From Bacilli bacterium (lineage in GTDB: Bacteria; Bacillota_I; Bacilli_A; ML615J-28; CAG-313): 64,000 bases of DNA. Both the position numbers and the translations under genes were made by a program. Positions 11,042 to 21,431 of this stretch are shown piece by piece. The DNA lies in contig CAADXH010000098.1 in NCBI GenBank assembly GCA_900752975.1, positions 58 to 64,057 of the forward strand, read 5' to 3'. The notes below the pieces were generated by a model. That model was not told the origin of the DNA, made no database searches, and saw only the letters and a list, made by a program, of their open reading frames with translations. How positions within the stretch are numbered: the stretch's first letter is position 1; each line of letters opens with the position of its first letter.

Positions 11042-11659
11042 TTATTCTCCTTTACTAAACAACTTTCCCGCAATCTCAGGTTCTAGTTTTGTTTTTAATT
11101 CATCTAATAAAACTTCATATGAATTGTCAATGTCATAGTATTTACTAGCAATAATAAAGCCACCTTTAATATTTGCTTTAGTAGTACTAAGAATTAGATT
11201 ATATTTGTTATCTAATAATTTATCTAACTTATTATCATGATTACTTGAAAATAATTGTTGATATTTTACATAATCATTTTCATTTACCATTATTTCTTCA
11301 TGACCTTCAAGTTTTACTTTCTTTAAACTAGTTGTTACAAACTTAACTAAGTCCTCATCATTCATTTTGCAAAGTCGGTTTAAAGCTTCCTTAAATGTAT
11401 CGTTGATAATTGATTTTTGACTTGCTAAAACACTTTGTTTTTTAGCTTGTTCAAGTTCTGCTTTTTTAGTTTTTATCGCATCATCACACTTTAACTTTGC
11501 ATCACTAATTACTTGTTTGATTTTTTCATTTGTTTCATTCATAACTTGTTCAGTTATATTACTTGCTTTAATGTTGCCTTCTTCTTTGATTCTTGATGCT
11601 TCATCTAAAGCATTGGCAATTATTTTATCATATACTGAACTATTACCCACGTTATTCAC
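11042..11659 (-). CDS. ntpE: V-type ATP synthase subunit E
   Basis: 205 aa, charged coiled-coil stator-type sequence, in operon position. Confidence 0.8.
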   Translation of the reverse strand: MNNVGNSSVYDKIIANALDEASRIKEEGNIKASNITEQVMNETNEKIKQVISDAKLKCDDAIKTKKAELEQAKKQSVLASQKSIINDTFKEALNRLCKMNDEDLVKFVTTSLKKVKLEGHEEIMVNENDYVKYQQLFSSNHDNKLDKLLDNKYNLILSTTKANIKGGFIIASKYYDIDNSYEVLLDELKTKLEPEIAGKLFSKGE

Positions 11660-12139
11660 CTATTTTAATGCGAAAATTAGCATTATACTTACAATTAGGG
11701 AAAGGATAGCGTAAGTTTCAACAAGTACTGCCATAGTAATACCTTTGCCTGATGCTTCAGGTTGTTTTGCAGTCATCATAATACCAGATGTTGCAACTTT
11801 ACCTTGGAATATTGCTGAAATTAAGCCATTAATAGCGATTGGCATAAATACTGCGAAATATGCCCAACCTTGAGTTGTTGTTAAGGCAAATGCTGTAGCG
11901 GCGTCTCCACCTAATAATCCAACTTGAATCATAAATAAGAAAGTTGTTAAGAATCCGTATAACCCTTGAGTACCAGGTAAAATTTGAAGTACTAATAATT
12001 TACCGAATAATTCAGGTTTTTCTGATGTAACACCAGCTGCGGCTTTACCACACATTTGTACACCTAATATTGAACCAATACCAGGTAAAATTGTTCCGAG
12101 TGCTGCTCCTATAAGAGCAATAATTGTTCCATTTGTCAT
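11660..12139 (-). CDS. ntpK: V-type ATP synthase proteolipid subunit K (c-ring)
   Basis: 159 aa, four hydrophobic helices, glycine-rich GxGxG segments typical of c/K subunits. Confidence 0.9.
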   Translation of the reverse strand: MTNGTIIALIGAALGTILPGIGSILGVQMCGKAAAGVTSEKPELFGKLLVLQILPGTQGLYGFLTTFLFMIQVGLLGGDAATAFALTTTQGWAYFAVFMPIAINGLISAIFQGKVATSGIMMTAKQPEASGKGITMAVLVETYAILSLIVSIMLIFALK

Positions 12140-12151
12140 TTTTTTCTTCTC

Positions 12152-14029
12152 CTATTCTTCTTTTATTTCTTTTATATATTTAGTTTCAATTGATAACGGT
12201 TTAAAGTCAACCCCGCCACCTTCATAGAATTTGCCATAAAACTCAATGTATTGAAGCCTACTATCATGTACATAGGCTGATAATAATCCTAAAACTAAGT
12301 TAAATACATGGCCTACTAAGAAGATAATCGCTGCGAAAATCATGCCAACAACACTACCACCAACCATCTGGGCTAGTGTGTTCATTACTACCGCAACCGC
12401 AGCACTTGACATCGCAAGAGCCATTATTCTTGAATATGATAGTAAATCTCCCATATAAGATGTCACATCATATAGACCTAGAATTCCACCAAGGGCTTTT
12501 CCAAGAATTGATTTTTTAGTATGTCCAGCAAAGAGGATGATTAGTAAAACTCCTATTCCTACCATTACGATGCCAACCATACTATTTAGGAAATACGCAC
12601 CTATTCCTAAAAGGATTAAAATCCAACTTACGTTTTTCGCAAGCATATCAATGATATTTCCGTCTTTAATGTTTTCAATCATTTTCACCACAAGTCCGGT
12701 AATTAAATGTAGTGCGCCAATCGCAACTGATACTAGTAGCATTTTGATTGGGTCTTCCATTGGATTAAACCAATACCAAACATTTAATCCAAAATCAGTT
12801 TGAGGATTAAAACCAAAGTAACTACCAAACATAATTCCCCAAAAAATCGTAGGAACCCCTGAATACATGATAATATTCATTAGTTTTAAAGTATTTCCTT
12901 TTGGTTTCATTAGTTTTTTAAGAATTAAGCAAAATACTATCATCATGATACCATATCCTGCATCACCCATCATCATTCCAAATAAGAACCAGTACCATAC
13001 TGACATAACGGGGTTAGGGTCTAACTCTTTACTATTAGGCTTAGAAAACATATCCGTGATTGTTTCAAATTGACTAACAAACTTTTTATTCTTAGTATAT
13101 GTTGGTACAACTTCATCATCAGTTGGATCAGTAAACTCAATATCGTAGTATTCTGTTTGTTCTTGAACTGCTTTTTCTACTTCTTCTAAAGTATCTATTC
13201 TAACCCAACCTTCAATCACGATTGTTTCAATTGTTTTTTCATATTTAACATTGTCTATTGCATCTTGAGTTAAAATCTGATCACTCAAAACTTTAAATTC
13301 TTCAATATTACCTGAAAGAGTTTTTAGTTTTTCTGCGATGTCTTCACACTCTTTTTCTTTACTTTCAATTTGCTTTTTTAATGTTTCAATATAAGTTTTA
13401 ATAGTAACATCAAGAACTGGTAATTTATAATCATTAAATTCATAACGACTTAATGCATCTTTTAGTTGTTTTTCATCATCAATATAACAAACTACAATTA
13501 CACCACTTATATTTTTATATGATGGAAGAATAATACTTTCAAAACTAGCAATTTCATCATCTTGTTTAAATTTCTCAACATACCTAGTTGGCATAGTTCC
13601 AATATGAAAAATTGCATTTTTAGTGTTTTTAATTTGATTTGGAATCATATCAAGTTCATTCCAAATCATTAATGATTCAATTTCATCAATAATTTCTTTA
13701 ATTTGTTGTTTTAATTCACTAAGATTATTTTGATAATTCTCAATTTCACTAACTTCATCAATAGTCTTTTGTGATACATTCGTAAAATCTTTATAATCAA
13801 TCGTTTGATAATCTCCAAATAAGCCTTTTTTCTTTTGGTATTTTCCCGCAAACTTAATGGTTTCTTCAACTTTATCATGTAACGCTCCATTTAGATGTGC
13901 CGATGTTGTTGATTCTCCATCTTCTTTATTGATTATCATGATTACACCATATTTTTGAAGTGACTTAATGACTTTCTCATAATCATCTTTTAAAATAACA
14001 ATCTTAGCTTTTTTCATTTTTACAATCAT
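12152..14029 (-). CDS. ntpI: V-type ATP synthase subunit I (membrane a-subunit)
   Basis: 625 aa with a soluble N-terminal half and a polytopic C-terminal half, in operon position. Confidence 0.9.
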   Translation of the reverse strand: MIVKMKKAKIVILKDDYEKVIKSLQKYGVIMIINKEDGESTTSAHLNGALHDKVEETIKFAGKYQKKKGLFGDYQTIDYKDFTNVSQKTIDEVSEIENYQNNLSELKQQIKEIIDEIESLMIWNELDMIPNQIKNTKNAIFHIGTMPTRYVEKFKQDDEIASFESIILPSYKNISGVIVVCYIDDEKQLKDALSRYEFNDYKLPVLDVTIKTYIETLKKQIESKEKECEDIAEKLKTLSGNIEEFKVLSDQILTQDAIDNVKYEKTIETIVIEGWVRIDTLEEVEKAVQEQTEYYDIEFTDPTDDEVVPTYTKNKKFVSQFETITDMFSKPNSKELDPNPVMSVWYWFLFGMMMGDAGYGIMMIVFCLILKKLMKPKGNTLKLMNIIMYSGVPTIFWGIMFGSYFGFNPQTDFGLNVWYWFNPMEDPIKMLLVSVAIGALHLITGLVVKMIENIKDGNIIDMLAKNVSWILILLGIGAYFLNSMVGIVMVGIGVLLIILFAGHTKKSILGKALGGILGLYDVTSYMGDLLSYSRIMALAMSSAAVAVVMNTLAQMVGGSVVGMIFAAIIFLVGHVFNLVLGLLSAYVHDSRLQYIEFYGKFYEGGGVDFKPLSIETKYIKEIKEE

Positions 14030-14334
14030 GAGTCTATCACCTTCTTCATAATGAAATCAACCGTTTCATTAAGGTGGATTTTTGCAAGATTTTGATTATT
14101 TGTGTTAATTTCATCGCTTTCTTTAACTGAAGTAGCTACTAGTTCTTTAATGATACTATCATTTTCTTCATACATTTTTTGAACTTGTCTTTTTGCTTCA
14201 TTCATCATTTCTTCAGTTTTTAAAAGATTATCTTTGTTAACTTTTTCAAGCATTTCACTGACTTCCTGTTTAGCTTCAAGTTTAATTGTCTCAGCCTTTT
14301 GTTCAGTTTCGTTAATCTTTTCTAATATTGTCAT
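14026..14334 (-). CDS. ntpG: V-type ATP synthase subunit G/H (small coiled-coil stator subunit)
   Basis: 102 aa, highly charged helical protein. First gene of the operon; its stop overlaps the ntpI start. Confidence 0.6.
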   Translation of the reverse strand: MTILEKINETEQKAETIKLEAKQEVSEMLEKVNKDNLLKTEEMMNEAKRQVQKMYEENDSIIKELVATSVKESDEINTNNQNLAKIHLNETVDFIMKKVIDS

Positions 14335-14370
14335 TATCTCACCACCTTTACATTTTCGCTATGCTTTATT

Positions 14371-14399
14371 ATTATACTAAATTTCAATCTTTTTTGCAA
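14371..14399 (-). promoter_or_regulatory. Sigma-A type promoter for the ntp operon (TTGCAA-17-TATAAT)
   Basis: -35 TTGCAA at 14394-14399 and -10 TATAAT at 14371-14376 on the minus strand, 17-bp spacer, about 35 nt upstream of ntpG. Confidence 0.45.
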
Positions 14400-14441
14400 G
14401 TCAAAAGTTGTTATCAAGACAGACTTCTTCAATTTGTCTAT

Positions 14442-15083
14442 TTAAAATATTTTATGAATATTTTTATTTTCACCAATAATGAACAACCGCATATTTTGAG
14501 TTAACTCAATATTAGGTGTAATTAATGCATTTAATTTATCATTAGTTTTAATAGCTACAATACTAATTTGGTGTTTTTTACGCACATCAATTTCACCAAT
14601 TGTTTTCCCTTGCCAATTGTTAGGAACCTCAACTTCATATATCGCGTGTTCGTTATCAAGTTCCGTATAATCTAAAATATAATTAGAACCATAACGAATA
14701 GCCGTCCACATAGCAACCTGCTTTTCAGGGTAAATTACTTCATCGGCTCCATTACGTAACAGTATTTTTTCTTGTAAATCTCGTTCGGCTCTTGATACTA
14801 CTTTTTTCGCGCCTAATTCCTTTAAAAGAGCTGTTGTTTCAACTGAGCTTTGAAAATCATTACCAATTGTCACTATGCAAACATCAAAATTTCTAATTCC
14901 AAGGGTCTTTAAAAATAATTCATTAGTTGTTTCTCCAATTAATGCATTAGTAACATATGGTAAGCATTCATTTACCTTATCTTCACATCTATCAACAAGC
15001 ATTACTTCATGTCCCATTTTTTGTAATTGCACCGCAATATTTTTTCCAAATCTTCCTGCTCCTATTAATAATATTGATTTCAT
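14442..15083 (-). CDS. ktrA: K+ uptake system NAD-binding peripheral subunit (TrkA/KtrA family)
   Basis: MKSILLIGAGRFGKNIAVQL Rossmann (TrkA-N) motif. Start placed at the internal Met, which has AGGAGG 9 nt upstream. Confidence 0.8.
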   Translation of the reverse strand: MKSILLIGAGRFGKNIAVQLQKMGHEVMLVDRCEDKVNECLPYVTNALIGETTNELFLKTLGIRNFDVCIVTIGNDFQSSVETTALLKELGAKKVVSRAERDLQEKILLRNGADEVIYPEKQVAMWTAIRYGSNYILDYTELDNEHAIYEVEVPNNWQGKTIGEIDVRKKHQISIVAIKTNDKLNALITPNIELTQNMRLFIIGENKNIHKIF

Positions 15084-15096
15084 ATAATTCATCCTC

Positions 15097-16437
15097 CTAT
15101 CCAATCGCTATTTTTTCTTGTGGCAACCTATATAAATTGTTACTATTATTATTTTTATATGTTGAAGCAAAAATAAAAGTCAAGGCTCCTACCCGGCCAA
15201 AGAACATCAAAACAATCAAAATTATATGCGATACTATGCATAAATTTGGCGTAACTCCTAACGATAATCCAACAGTACCAATTGCCGATGCGGTTTCAAA
15301 AAGAGCATAAGATAGTGATATACCATCTAACATATGAATCACAATACCACATCCTAAAAAAAGCACAAGATAAATGACTAAGATAGTGCAAGCATTGCGA
15401 ATAGTTTGATTATCAATTCTTCTTCTAAAAAAAGTTACATCATTATTTTGATTGAACACAGAAAAAGCATTTGCAAAAACCACAACAAATGTAGTTACTT
15501 TCATTCCTCCAGCTGTGGATCCTGGAGCACCTCCTATCAACATTAAACCAATCATTATCGCTCGTCCGCCATCTGACATTTCTGCTAAATCTTTTGTATT
15601 AAAACCAGCTGTACGAGCAGTCACTGATTGAAATAGTGACGCCAGGATTCTTTCTTTAATTTTACAATCTGCATACTCAAAGAAAAAATAATATATTGCA
15701 GGAAATATAATTAAACATATGCTTGTAATAATTATGACTTTACTTTGCATACTATATTTTCTAAAATTAAATTTTTTTTGTTTTATATCATGCCATGTAA
15801 AAAAACCTAGCCCACCAATTATTATCAAAAGCATTATAATAACATTAATAATGATATTATCACTAACGTTCGTTAATGAAGGATACAAATTACTCGTATC
15901 ACCAAGAAGGTCAAAACCAGCATTACAAAAAGCGGAAATAGAATGAAATATTGCGAATCCAATTCCTTTTATTCCATATTCTTGACAAAATGGAAATAAT
16001 AGACAAATTGCTCCAATAAATTCTATAAAAAAAGTTCCAAATACGATAAATTTTATCATTCTAATTACTCCACTTAGACTAGGTAAAGAAAGTGTCTCTT
16101 GAATAGTTGTTCTATTGCTTAATGATATTTTTTTACCAAAAACAATGAAAAATAACATAGTGAGTGTTATTACACCAAGTCCTCCGATTTGGATTAACAT
16201 GATAATTACGATATGTCCAAATATTGACCAATATGACCCAGTATCACGAACGACCAGTCCTGTAACACAAACACACGATGTAGAAGTAAATAATGCATCA
16301 ACAAACGGTGTAACTTTCCCCTCCTTACTAGCAAAAGGTAACATAAGTAGCAATGCCCCAACTAGAATTACTAGGAAGAAACCTAAAACAATAATTTGAA
16401 AGGTATTTAGTTTAAATAATTTTCTTTTTTCAAACAT
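15097..16437 (-). CDS. ktrB: K+ transporter membrane subunit (TrkH/KtrB family)
   Basis: Polytopic membrane protein with repeated pore-loop segments. Start placed at MFEKRKLFKLN, which has GGAGGAcattaaaATG. Confidence 0.8.
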   Translation of the reverse strand: MFEKRKLFKLNTFQIIVLGFFLVILVGALLLMLPFASKEGKVTPFVDALFTSTSCVCVTGLVVRDTGSYWSIFGHIVIIMLIQIGGLGVITLTMLFFIVFGKKISLSNRTTIQETLSLPSLSGVIRMIKFIVFGTFFIEFIGAICLLFPFCQEYGIKGIGFAIFHSISAFCNAGFDLLGDTSNLYPSLTNVSDNIIINVIIMLLIIIGGLGFFTWHDIKQKKFNFRKYSMQSKVIIITSICLIIFPAIYYFFFEYADCKIKERILASLFQSVTARTAGFNTKDLAEMSDGGRAIMIGLMLIGGAPGSTAGGMKVTTFVVVFANAFSVFNQNNDVTFFRRRIDNQTIRNACTILVIYLVLFLGCGIVIHMLDGISLSYALFETASAIGTVGLSLGVTPNLCIVSHIILIVLMFFGRVGALTFIFASTYKNNNSNNLYRLPQEKIAIG

Positions 16438-16537
16438 TTTAATGTCCTCCAACACCAATTTAGTTTTTATTTCACTATGTATTGTCAAATTACTTGTATC
16501 TAGTATACCACAACTAGTGACATTTTTCATTTAAAAT

Positions 16538-16568
16538 GAAAAAAAATCAGTTTACTAAAAACTGATCT
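16538..16568 (-). terminator. Rho-independent terminator after the 16597-18024 gene
   Basis: Hairpin atcagttt-actaa-aaactgat flanked by an A-run and a T-run (bidirectional shape). Confidence 0.5.
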
Positions 16569-16596
16569 TTATTTTCCCCTATTTTCCTATCAAGTT

Positions 16597-18024
16597 TTAC
16601 GCATAATTCGGTACATTATCTAATTGTACCTTTTTATTTTTTACTGATTGGAAAATACCAAATGGTAAAAATACTAAACTTACAATTAACAAGTAACCAA
16701 AATAAACAAATAACATCAAGAATGGATAAATTGTTACATCTTTTACTACTAAGGTTACATTTGTAAATGCCTTTAAGAATGGTAAGGTTCCACATGCGAC
16801 CTCAGGATCAAACATAAATAAATAATTTGCATTAAAATCATTATTATCTAATTTAACCGCAAGGTTATTAAAAATTATACCTAAGACTAAAATAACTACG
16901 AAGTAAGCACTAAAACCAATCACGGCATCTCGATATGATACCTTGTCAATTTTAGGGAAAATCCCAAGTAAAAGTGCAAGAATTGGTACTACTACAACAT
17001 TTGTATGTTCGTAAATAAAGTGAAGATTCCAAACTTCAAAAATGTTACGACCATTAACATCAGGAACGAGTAATGCGATTGATGCTCCTACCATATTAAC
17101 TAAAAAATTAAAGTTAAAGATAAAACGATTTTTAGTAATTAATGCAACAAGCATTAAGTATGATGCTAAATTACAAAGTTGTAGTGGTAAACGCTTAATG
17201 TTTATAGTTAGTGAAAACATTGAATTATATTGGAACAATACCGCAAGCGCTAAAACTACACATAAAAGGTATTTATCTTCAGCACTTTTATTCCTAAATA
17301 GTAACCATAGTACTACAATTTTTCCGACTAAATAAAATATCCAAACAATATGTAATGGACTAAATTTATCAAATAAGAATGGTCCAAAACCTTCAGCTAG
17401 GAGTTGTGGTATATAAATTGGCATCATTTGTAATAATAGTGAAATAAGTACTACTCCAAATCTTAAGGTTTCACGATAATCCTTAATTCTAAATACATGT
17501 TTATCAATCAAAAGAACCTTTAAACATATACTTACAACTAGTATCCACTGAATACAAAATATTATTCCCCTAAATGTTTCATTCATCATTAAAGCCTTAA
17601 ACGCTTCTGATACTCCCCTTGTTTGATATAAGCCTCTTCCATTTGGACTTAAAAAACATTCCATATAATCATTGTAAAAGAAAATGGAGATAAACGTCCA
17701 AGGTAGGGTCCAGTAAACTGCAATGTTTTTGAAAGTTCTACTCTTAAAAAAACTTACAGCTACGATTACAATTGGATTAATTGAAAGCATTATTCTAAGA
17801 ATACAGTGCCATTTATTCGCACCAACTAATTCAGAAGGTTCTGAAACGCTTTTAATTAAACCATCCGGAAGTAAAATTGTAAAAAAGGTAAGAACCACAT
17901 AAGTAACTGCTAAGCCTTTAACAAGTTTATTTACAATGTTATTTTTATACTTATTATTAATTAATAATAAAGTTATGATTATTATCGTCACAATAATTGT
18001 TGATAAAGTAATTGCGGTATACAT
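16597..18024 (-). CDS. Polytopic membrane protein. The C-terminal half resembles the YwaF/TIGR02206 intramembrane family; the N-terminal domain is unknown.
   Basis: Motif RLPLQLCNLASYL (the LPLxLC signature of the YwaF family) lies in the second half. Many TM helices throughout. Confidence 0.45.
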   Translation of the reverse strand: MYTAITLSTIIVTIIIITLLLINNKYKNNIVNKLVKGLAVTYVVLTFFTILLPDGLIKSVSEPSELVGANKWHCILRIMLSINPIVIVAVSFFKSRTFKNIAVYWTLPWTFISIFFYNDYMECFLSPNGRGLYQTRGVSEAFKALMMNETFRGIIFCIQWILVVSICLKVLLIDKHVFRIKDYRETLRFGVVLISLLLQMMPIYIPQLLAEGFGPFLFDKFSPLHIVWIFYLVGKIVVLWLLFRNKSAEDKYLLCVVLALAVLFQYNSMFSLTINIKRLPLQLCNLASYLMLVALITKNRFIFNFNFLVNMVGASIALLVPDVNGRNIFEVWNLHFIYEHTNVVVVPILALLLGIFPKIDKVSYRDAVIGFSAYFVVILVLGIIFNNLAVKLDNNDFNANYLFMFDPEVACGTLPFLKAFTNVTLVVKDVTIYPFLMLFVYFGYLLIVSLVFLPFGIFQSVKNKKVQLDNVPNYA

Positions 18025-18154
18025 AAGATAACCTCCTTTGATTACACAACAATTATATCAAATAGCTAAAGCTTTAACAACCCCAAATTAAGTAAATGGC
18101 ATTTTTTGGTAGCTAGGAAGCACAAAAGCAATATTTAATATACATATTTTTAAC

Positions 18155-18194
18155 AAAGAAAAAAGAAAAAAGACACAAAATTATTTGTGTCTTT
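18155..18194 (-). terminator. Rho-independent terminator after the S8 peptidase gene
   Basis: Perfect 10-bp stem aagacacaaa / tttgtgtctt followed by a long U-run on the minus-strand RNA. Confidence 0.6.
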
Positions 18195-18235
18195 TCAAAT
18201 GAATAAAAAACTACTAACTATCAAAAAAATTTATT

Positions 18236-19906
18236 TTAATTATAACGGTATGCGAAAGCAATTCGATCTGCATTAGATGAACTAATACTTCCACATTTTT
18301 GATATATACGCATTTCATAGAAATCCTCTTTATCTACAACATAGCGCATAAATTGAATATTATCTGCATTTGAATTTGCGATAGCACATACTTTTCCATC
18401 GCTACGACGTACTATTTTTGCTTCATAATTATTAAAATCAACTTGATGATTTGCTACTGTGGCTTTAGCCAACCAAGCAAAAGAAGCTTGTAAAACGTCC
18501 CCAATCATCATATAAGCTGAAAAATGATATACTAATTCACCATCACTTCCGCCCGAATGATTAAAGCTCAATATACGGTTGTAATTCATAATTGTTTTGT
18601 CTAAATCAATACGACCAGCACCAATCTGATCATTGTATCCATTATCTTTAGCTCTAGGATAGCCTTCAAATGGCTGTGCATTTGCGGTTAACATTGCAAG
18701 TACCATTTCTGGTTTTGTTTTTAAATCAGGATGTGCTTCTAACATTGTTGCGATCATGCCTGAAGTAAAAGCACAGGCATAACTTGTACCGCTATTTTCA
18801 CGTCCAAAATTTGTTATTGTTAAATTATCACCAGGAGCTACAATTGTAGGTTTTGTAGGTCCGTCAACAACAACTATAGATGAATAACTAGCGATGTTTT
18901 TTGAATGTGTTGATGATCCTACTCCAACAACATTATAGCCTAAAGCCGGGTTACCAATTTTTCCGGTGTGACAACCACCATTTCCAACTGCAGCTACGCA
19001 TATAACATTGTATAATTTTACCGCGTTATCAACGAAAGCAGAATTACTATTGTATCTTCCTGTTGGATTTTCTTCACCAAATGACATATTTATAATATCT
19101 GCCCCATTATTAATCATCCATTCTACTTCACCATATATTGTTGAAGTTTTTATAGCAGATGATAATAGTGTAGCATCAGGTGCAATGCCAGTATTACCCC
19201 CTATTAAACTGGCACAAATGGTTGCATGATCAGTTACTGTTTCATTAAATCTTGGTTGATCATATATTGTAATAGAATGACCTGCCATATTAGCATTTGT
19301 GACATCTACAAGCCCTATATCAAGAACGCCAACTGTTACACCATCCCCTGTGTATCCATTACTACTATGCGTATCATGAGCATTAGCTTCCAAAATAGCT
19401 ATTTGAAATTTTTCTTGTTGATCTACTATAGCACTCTTAATTACGACATTAGAAACATCACGATGCGAAGTTATTTTGGCAAGTACTTCTTCTTTATGTT
19501 CAGCATATTCATTTTTATCATATGTATACTCTATGAATGGAAATAATGAACATACATAAACAGATTCATAGTTCTTCAAATTCAATGAGGATGCAATTTG
19601 AATGTTACGACGAGTATGATAAGCCCTACCTGCTGCTCTTTTAGCGTCTCGATACGCATTTACTTCTTCCATTGTTGGATTTTCAGGAAGAGTATCTGGA
19701 TATGTAAATTCATCATAATTGCATTCAGCTATTACGGATACTTTTTCTAAACTAGAACTAATCTCTAATCCTTCTTTTAATGATTGTGGTTCATAATCTC
19801 CACCTAATTCGTATACAATTTTGGCTTCATTTATTTTTAAATTATTTAAAGCAATTATACTTATTGTTAAAATACTTATTAATAGTATATTCCATAATTT
19901 TTTCAT
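18236..19906 (-). CDS. Secreted subtilisin-like serine peptidase (S8 family)
   Basis: Signal peptide; Asp motif VGVLDIGLVD; His motif DHATICASLIGG; oxyanion VAAVGNGGC; Ser motif GTSYACAFTSG. Confidence 0.75.
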   Translation of the reverse strand: MKKLWNILLISILTISIIALNNLKINEAKIVYELGGDYEPQSLKEGLEISSSLEKVSVIAECNYDEFTYPDTLPENPTMEEVNAYRDAKRAAGRAYHTRRNIQIASSLNLKNYESVYVCSLFPFIEYTYDKNEYAEHKEEVLAKITSHRDVSNVVIKSAIVDQQEKFQIAILEANAHDTHSSNGYTGDGVTVGVLDIGLVDVTNANMAGHSITIYDQPRFNETVTDHATICASLIGGNTGIAPDATLLSSAIKTSTIYGEVEWMINNGADIINMSFGEENPTGRYNSNSAFVDNAVKLYNVICVAAVGNGGCHTGKIGNPALGYNVVGVGSSTHSKNIASYSSIVVVDGPTKPTIVAPGDNLTITNFGRENSGTSYACAFTSGMIATMLEAHPDLKTKPEMVLAMLTANAQPFEGYPRAKDNGYNDQIGAGRIDLDKTIMNYNRILSFNHSGGSDGELVYHFSAYMMIGDVLQASFAWLAKATVANHQVDFNNYEAKIVRRSDGKVCAIANSNADNIQFMRYVVDKEDFYEMRIYQKCGSISSSNADRIAFAYRYN

Positions 19907-19952
19907 ATTATCATTACTAATATTTTAAATGTCCTTAATCCCCATTAGAACA

Positions 19953-20771
19953 TTATAAACCGTTTGGTACACTTATTAAATAGTTTTTTATGGTACCATT
20001 GTCATTAATCGTTATTGCAAAATCATCAAATGGTTTGTCGATTTCTTGTGTTATTAATGTTAAAATTCCTACTAAATTATCATTTGTTACATTAATTGTG
20101 TTATTATTACACTTTATTTCTAAATTTTCAAGTGATGTTGAATTAAACTCAATCTTATAAAAATAAACATTTACTTCTTCAGCATCATTTATAATATTGT
20201 AACCTTTATACAGTAATATTTTGGTGCGATTATTAATATAAGTTTCAAAAACACTTAATTTATACATTCGAGTTGAATTTTTTTTCATAAATTCTTTTTC
20301 AGATTCTGTTAATATGGTATGAATCTCTTGATTTTCGTCAGCATATTGGATTAAGTTATTTTTTTCTTCATTCAGCGTTATAAGGCTAATTGTTAATATT
20401 GAAATTACAAGTATTAGTGTTGCTGCAACAACTGCAGTTGAGTGAAAAGCTTTCAAATTAAACAAAAATTTATTATTTATTTTCCCTTTCTCACATTGCT
20501 TAGTTTCTACTTCTTCAGAAACTGCAATAGGTTGCAATTTCTCAGAAGTCACAGTTTCTGGATTTATTGAGTTTTCTTCTTGAAGAGACATTTCTACATT
20601 GAAAGAATTTCCTACATTTTCGAAATTATCGCTACAAAGGATTACTTCATTTTCAACTACTACTGGTTTAATGAAGAAATCAGTTCTTGCGATAATGTCT
20701 TCGGCATTTACATTACATTTATAATTTTTATCAAAATCTTCTCGTAAAAATTGTTGTAGTGTCTTTTTCAT
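19953..20771 (-). CDS. Putative anti-sigma factor (single-pass membrane protein)
   Basis: One central TM segment (AVVAATLILVISILTISLITL). The gene overlaps the 3' end of the sigma-factor gene by 41 nt. Confidence 0.45.
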   Translation of the reverse strand: MKKTLQQFLREDFDKNYKCNVNAEDIIARTDFFIKPVVVENEVILCSDNFENVGNSFNVEMSLQEENSINPETVTSEKLQPIAVSEEVETKQCEKGKINNKFLFNLKAFHSTAVVAATLILVISILTISLITLNEEKNNLIQYADENQEIHTILTESEKEFMKKNSTRMYKLSVFETYINNRTKILLYKGYNIINDAEEVNVYFYKIEFNSTSLENLEIKCNNNTINVTNDNLVGILTLITQEIDKPFDDFAITINDNGTIKNYLISVPNGL

Positions 20772-21318
20772 CTTCGACTTCGTATCCTCTTTCTCTTACA
20801 TAATTCTTTGCTGCATCATATGCATTGTAATAAAATCTTTTTGCTTTGCTTGGTGATATTCCTAATAATCTTGCGATTTCCATAAACGTCATATCAAAGC
20901 CTATTTTGAATAATAATATTTGATAATCGTATTCTCCAATTACGTTCTCTACCTCCGACAATAATACTACACGTTCAAAATTATTATCTACACATTTACA
21001 ATAAACAATAGCTGAGTTTATAAAGCACTTCCCTTCGTGTATTCTTTTAAGTCTTACGTAATCCAAAACATAATTCTTTGATAAAGTAACTAACCATGTA
21101 GTAAAACTACTTACATTTGGATCATATTGAGCTAGACTTTCTAACATTTTCAAGAATATCTCTTGAACGCAGTCCTCCGCATCAAATTTGCTTCCTGTCA
21201 TTTTATAGGCTATATAAAATATCCTATTTCTGTAAACGTAAAACAAGGTCTTAAAAGCTTCTTCATCTCGTTCTAGGACTCGTTTAACTAAAGAATAATT
21301 TCCCGTAACCATGGACAT
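20731..21318 (-). CDS. ECF-type sigma-70 family RNA polymerase sigma factor
   Basis: Region 2 (DAEDCVQEIFLKM...FTTWLVTLSKNYVLDYVR) and region 4 HTH (MTFMEIARLLGISPSKAKR). Confidence 0.8.
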   Translation of the reverse strand: MSMVTGNYSLVKRVLERDEEAFKTLFYVYRNRIFYIAYKMTGSKFDAEDCVQEIFLKMLESLAQYDPNVSSFTTWLVTLSKNYVLDYVRLKRIHEGKCFINSAIVYCKCVDNNFERVVLLSEVENVIGEYDYQILLFKIGFDMTFMEIARLLGISPSKAKRFYYNAYDAAKNYVRERGYEVEDEKDTTTIFTRRF

Positions 21319-21431
21319 TTACTTTTTTTCTCCTTTTCTTATTATTTTTGTGTATCCGTTGTGATTAGTTTTTATTATTATACTTTACCCTTATAAAAAC
21401 TTTAAAATTAGATAAAGTGAAACTTGAATCA

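Noticed and set aside
16438-16537. c-di-AMP (ydaO/kimA-type) riboswitch upstream of ktrB
   Set aside because: The leader is only about 100 nt. It shows a TTGACA-containing promoter-like sequence but none of the conserved pseudo-symmetric helices. The 31 N-terminal codons of the tracked ORF are better explained as untranslated leader.
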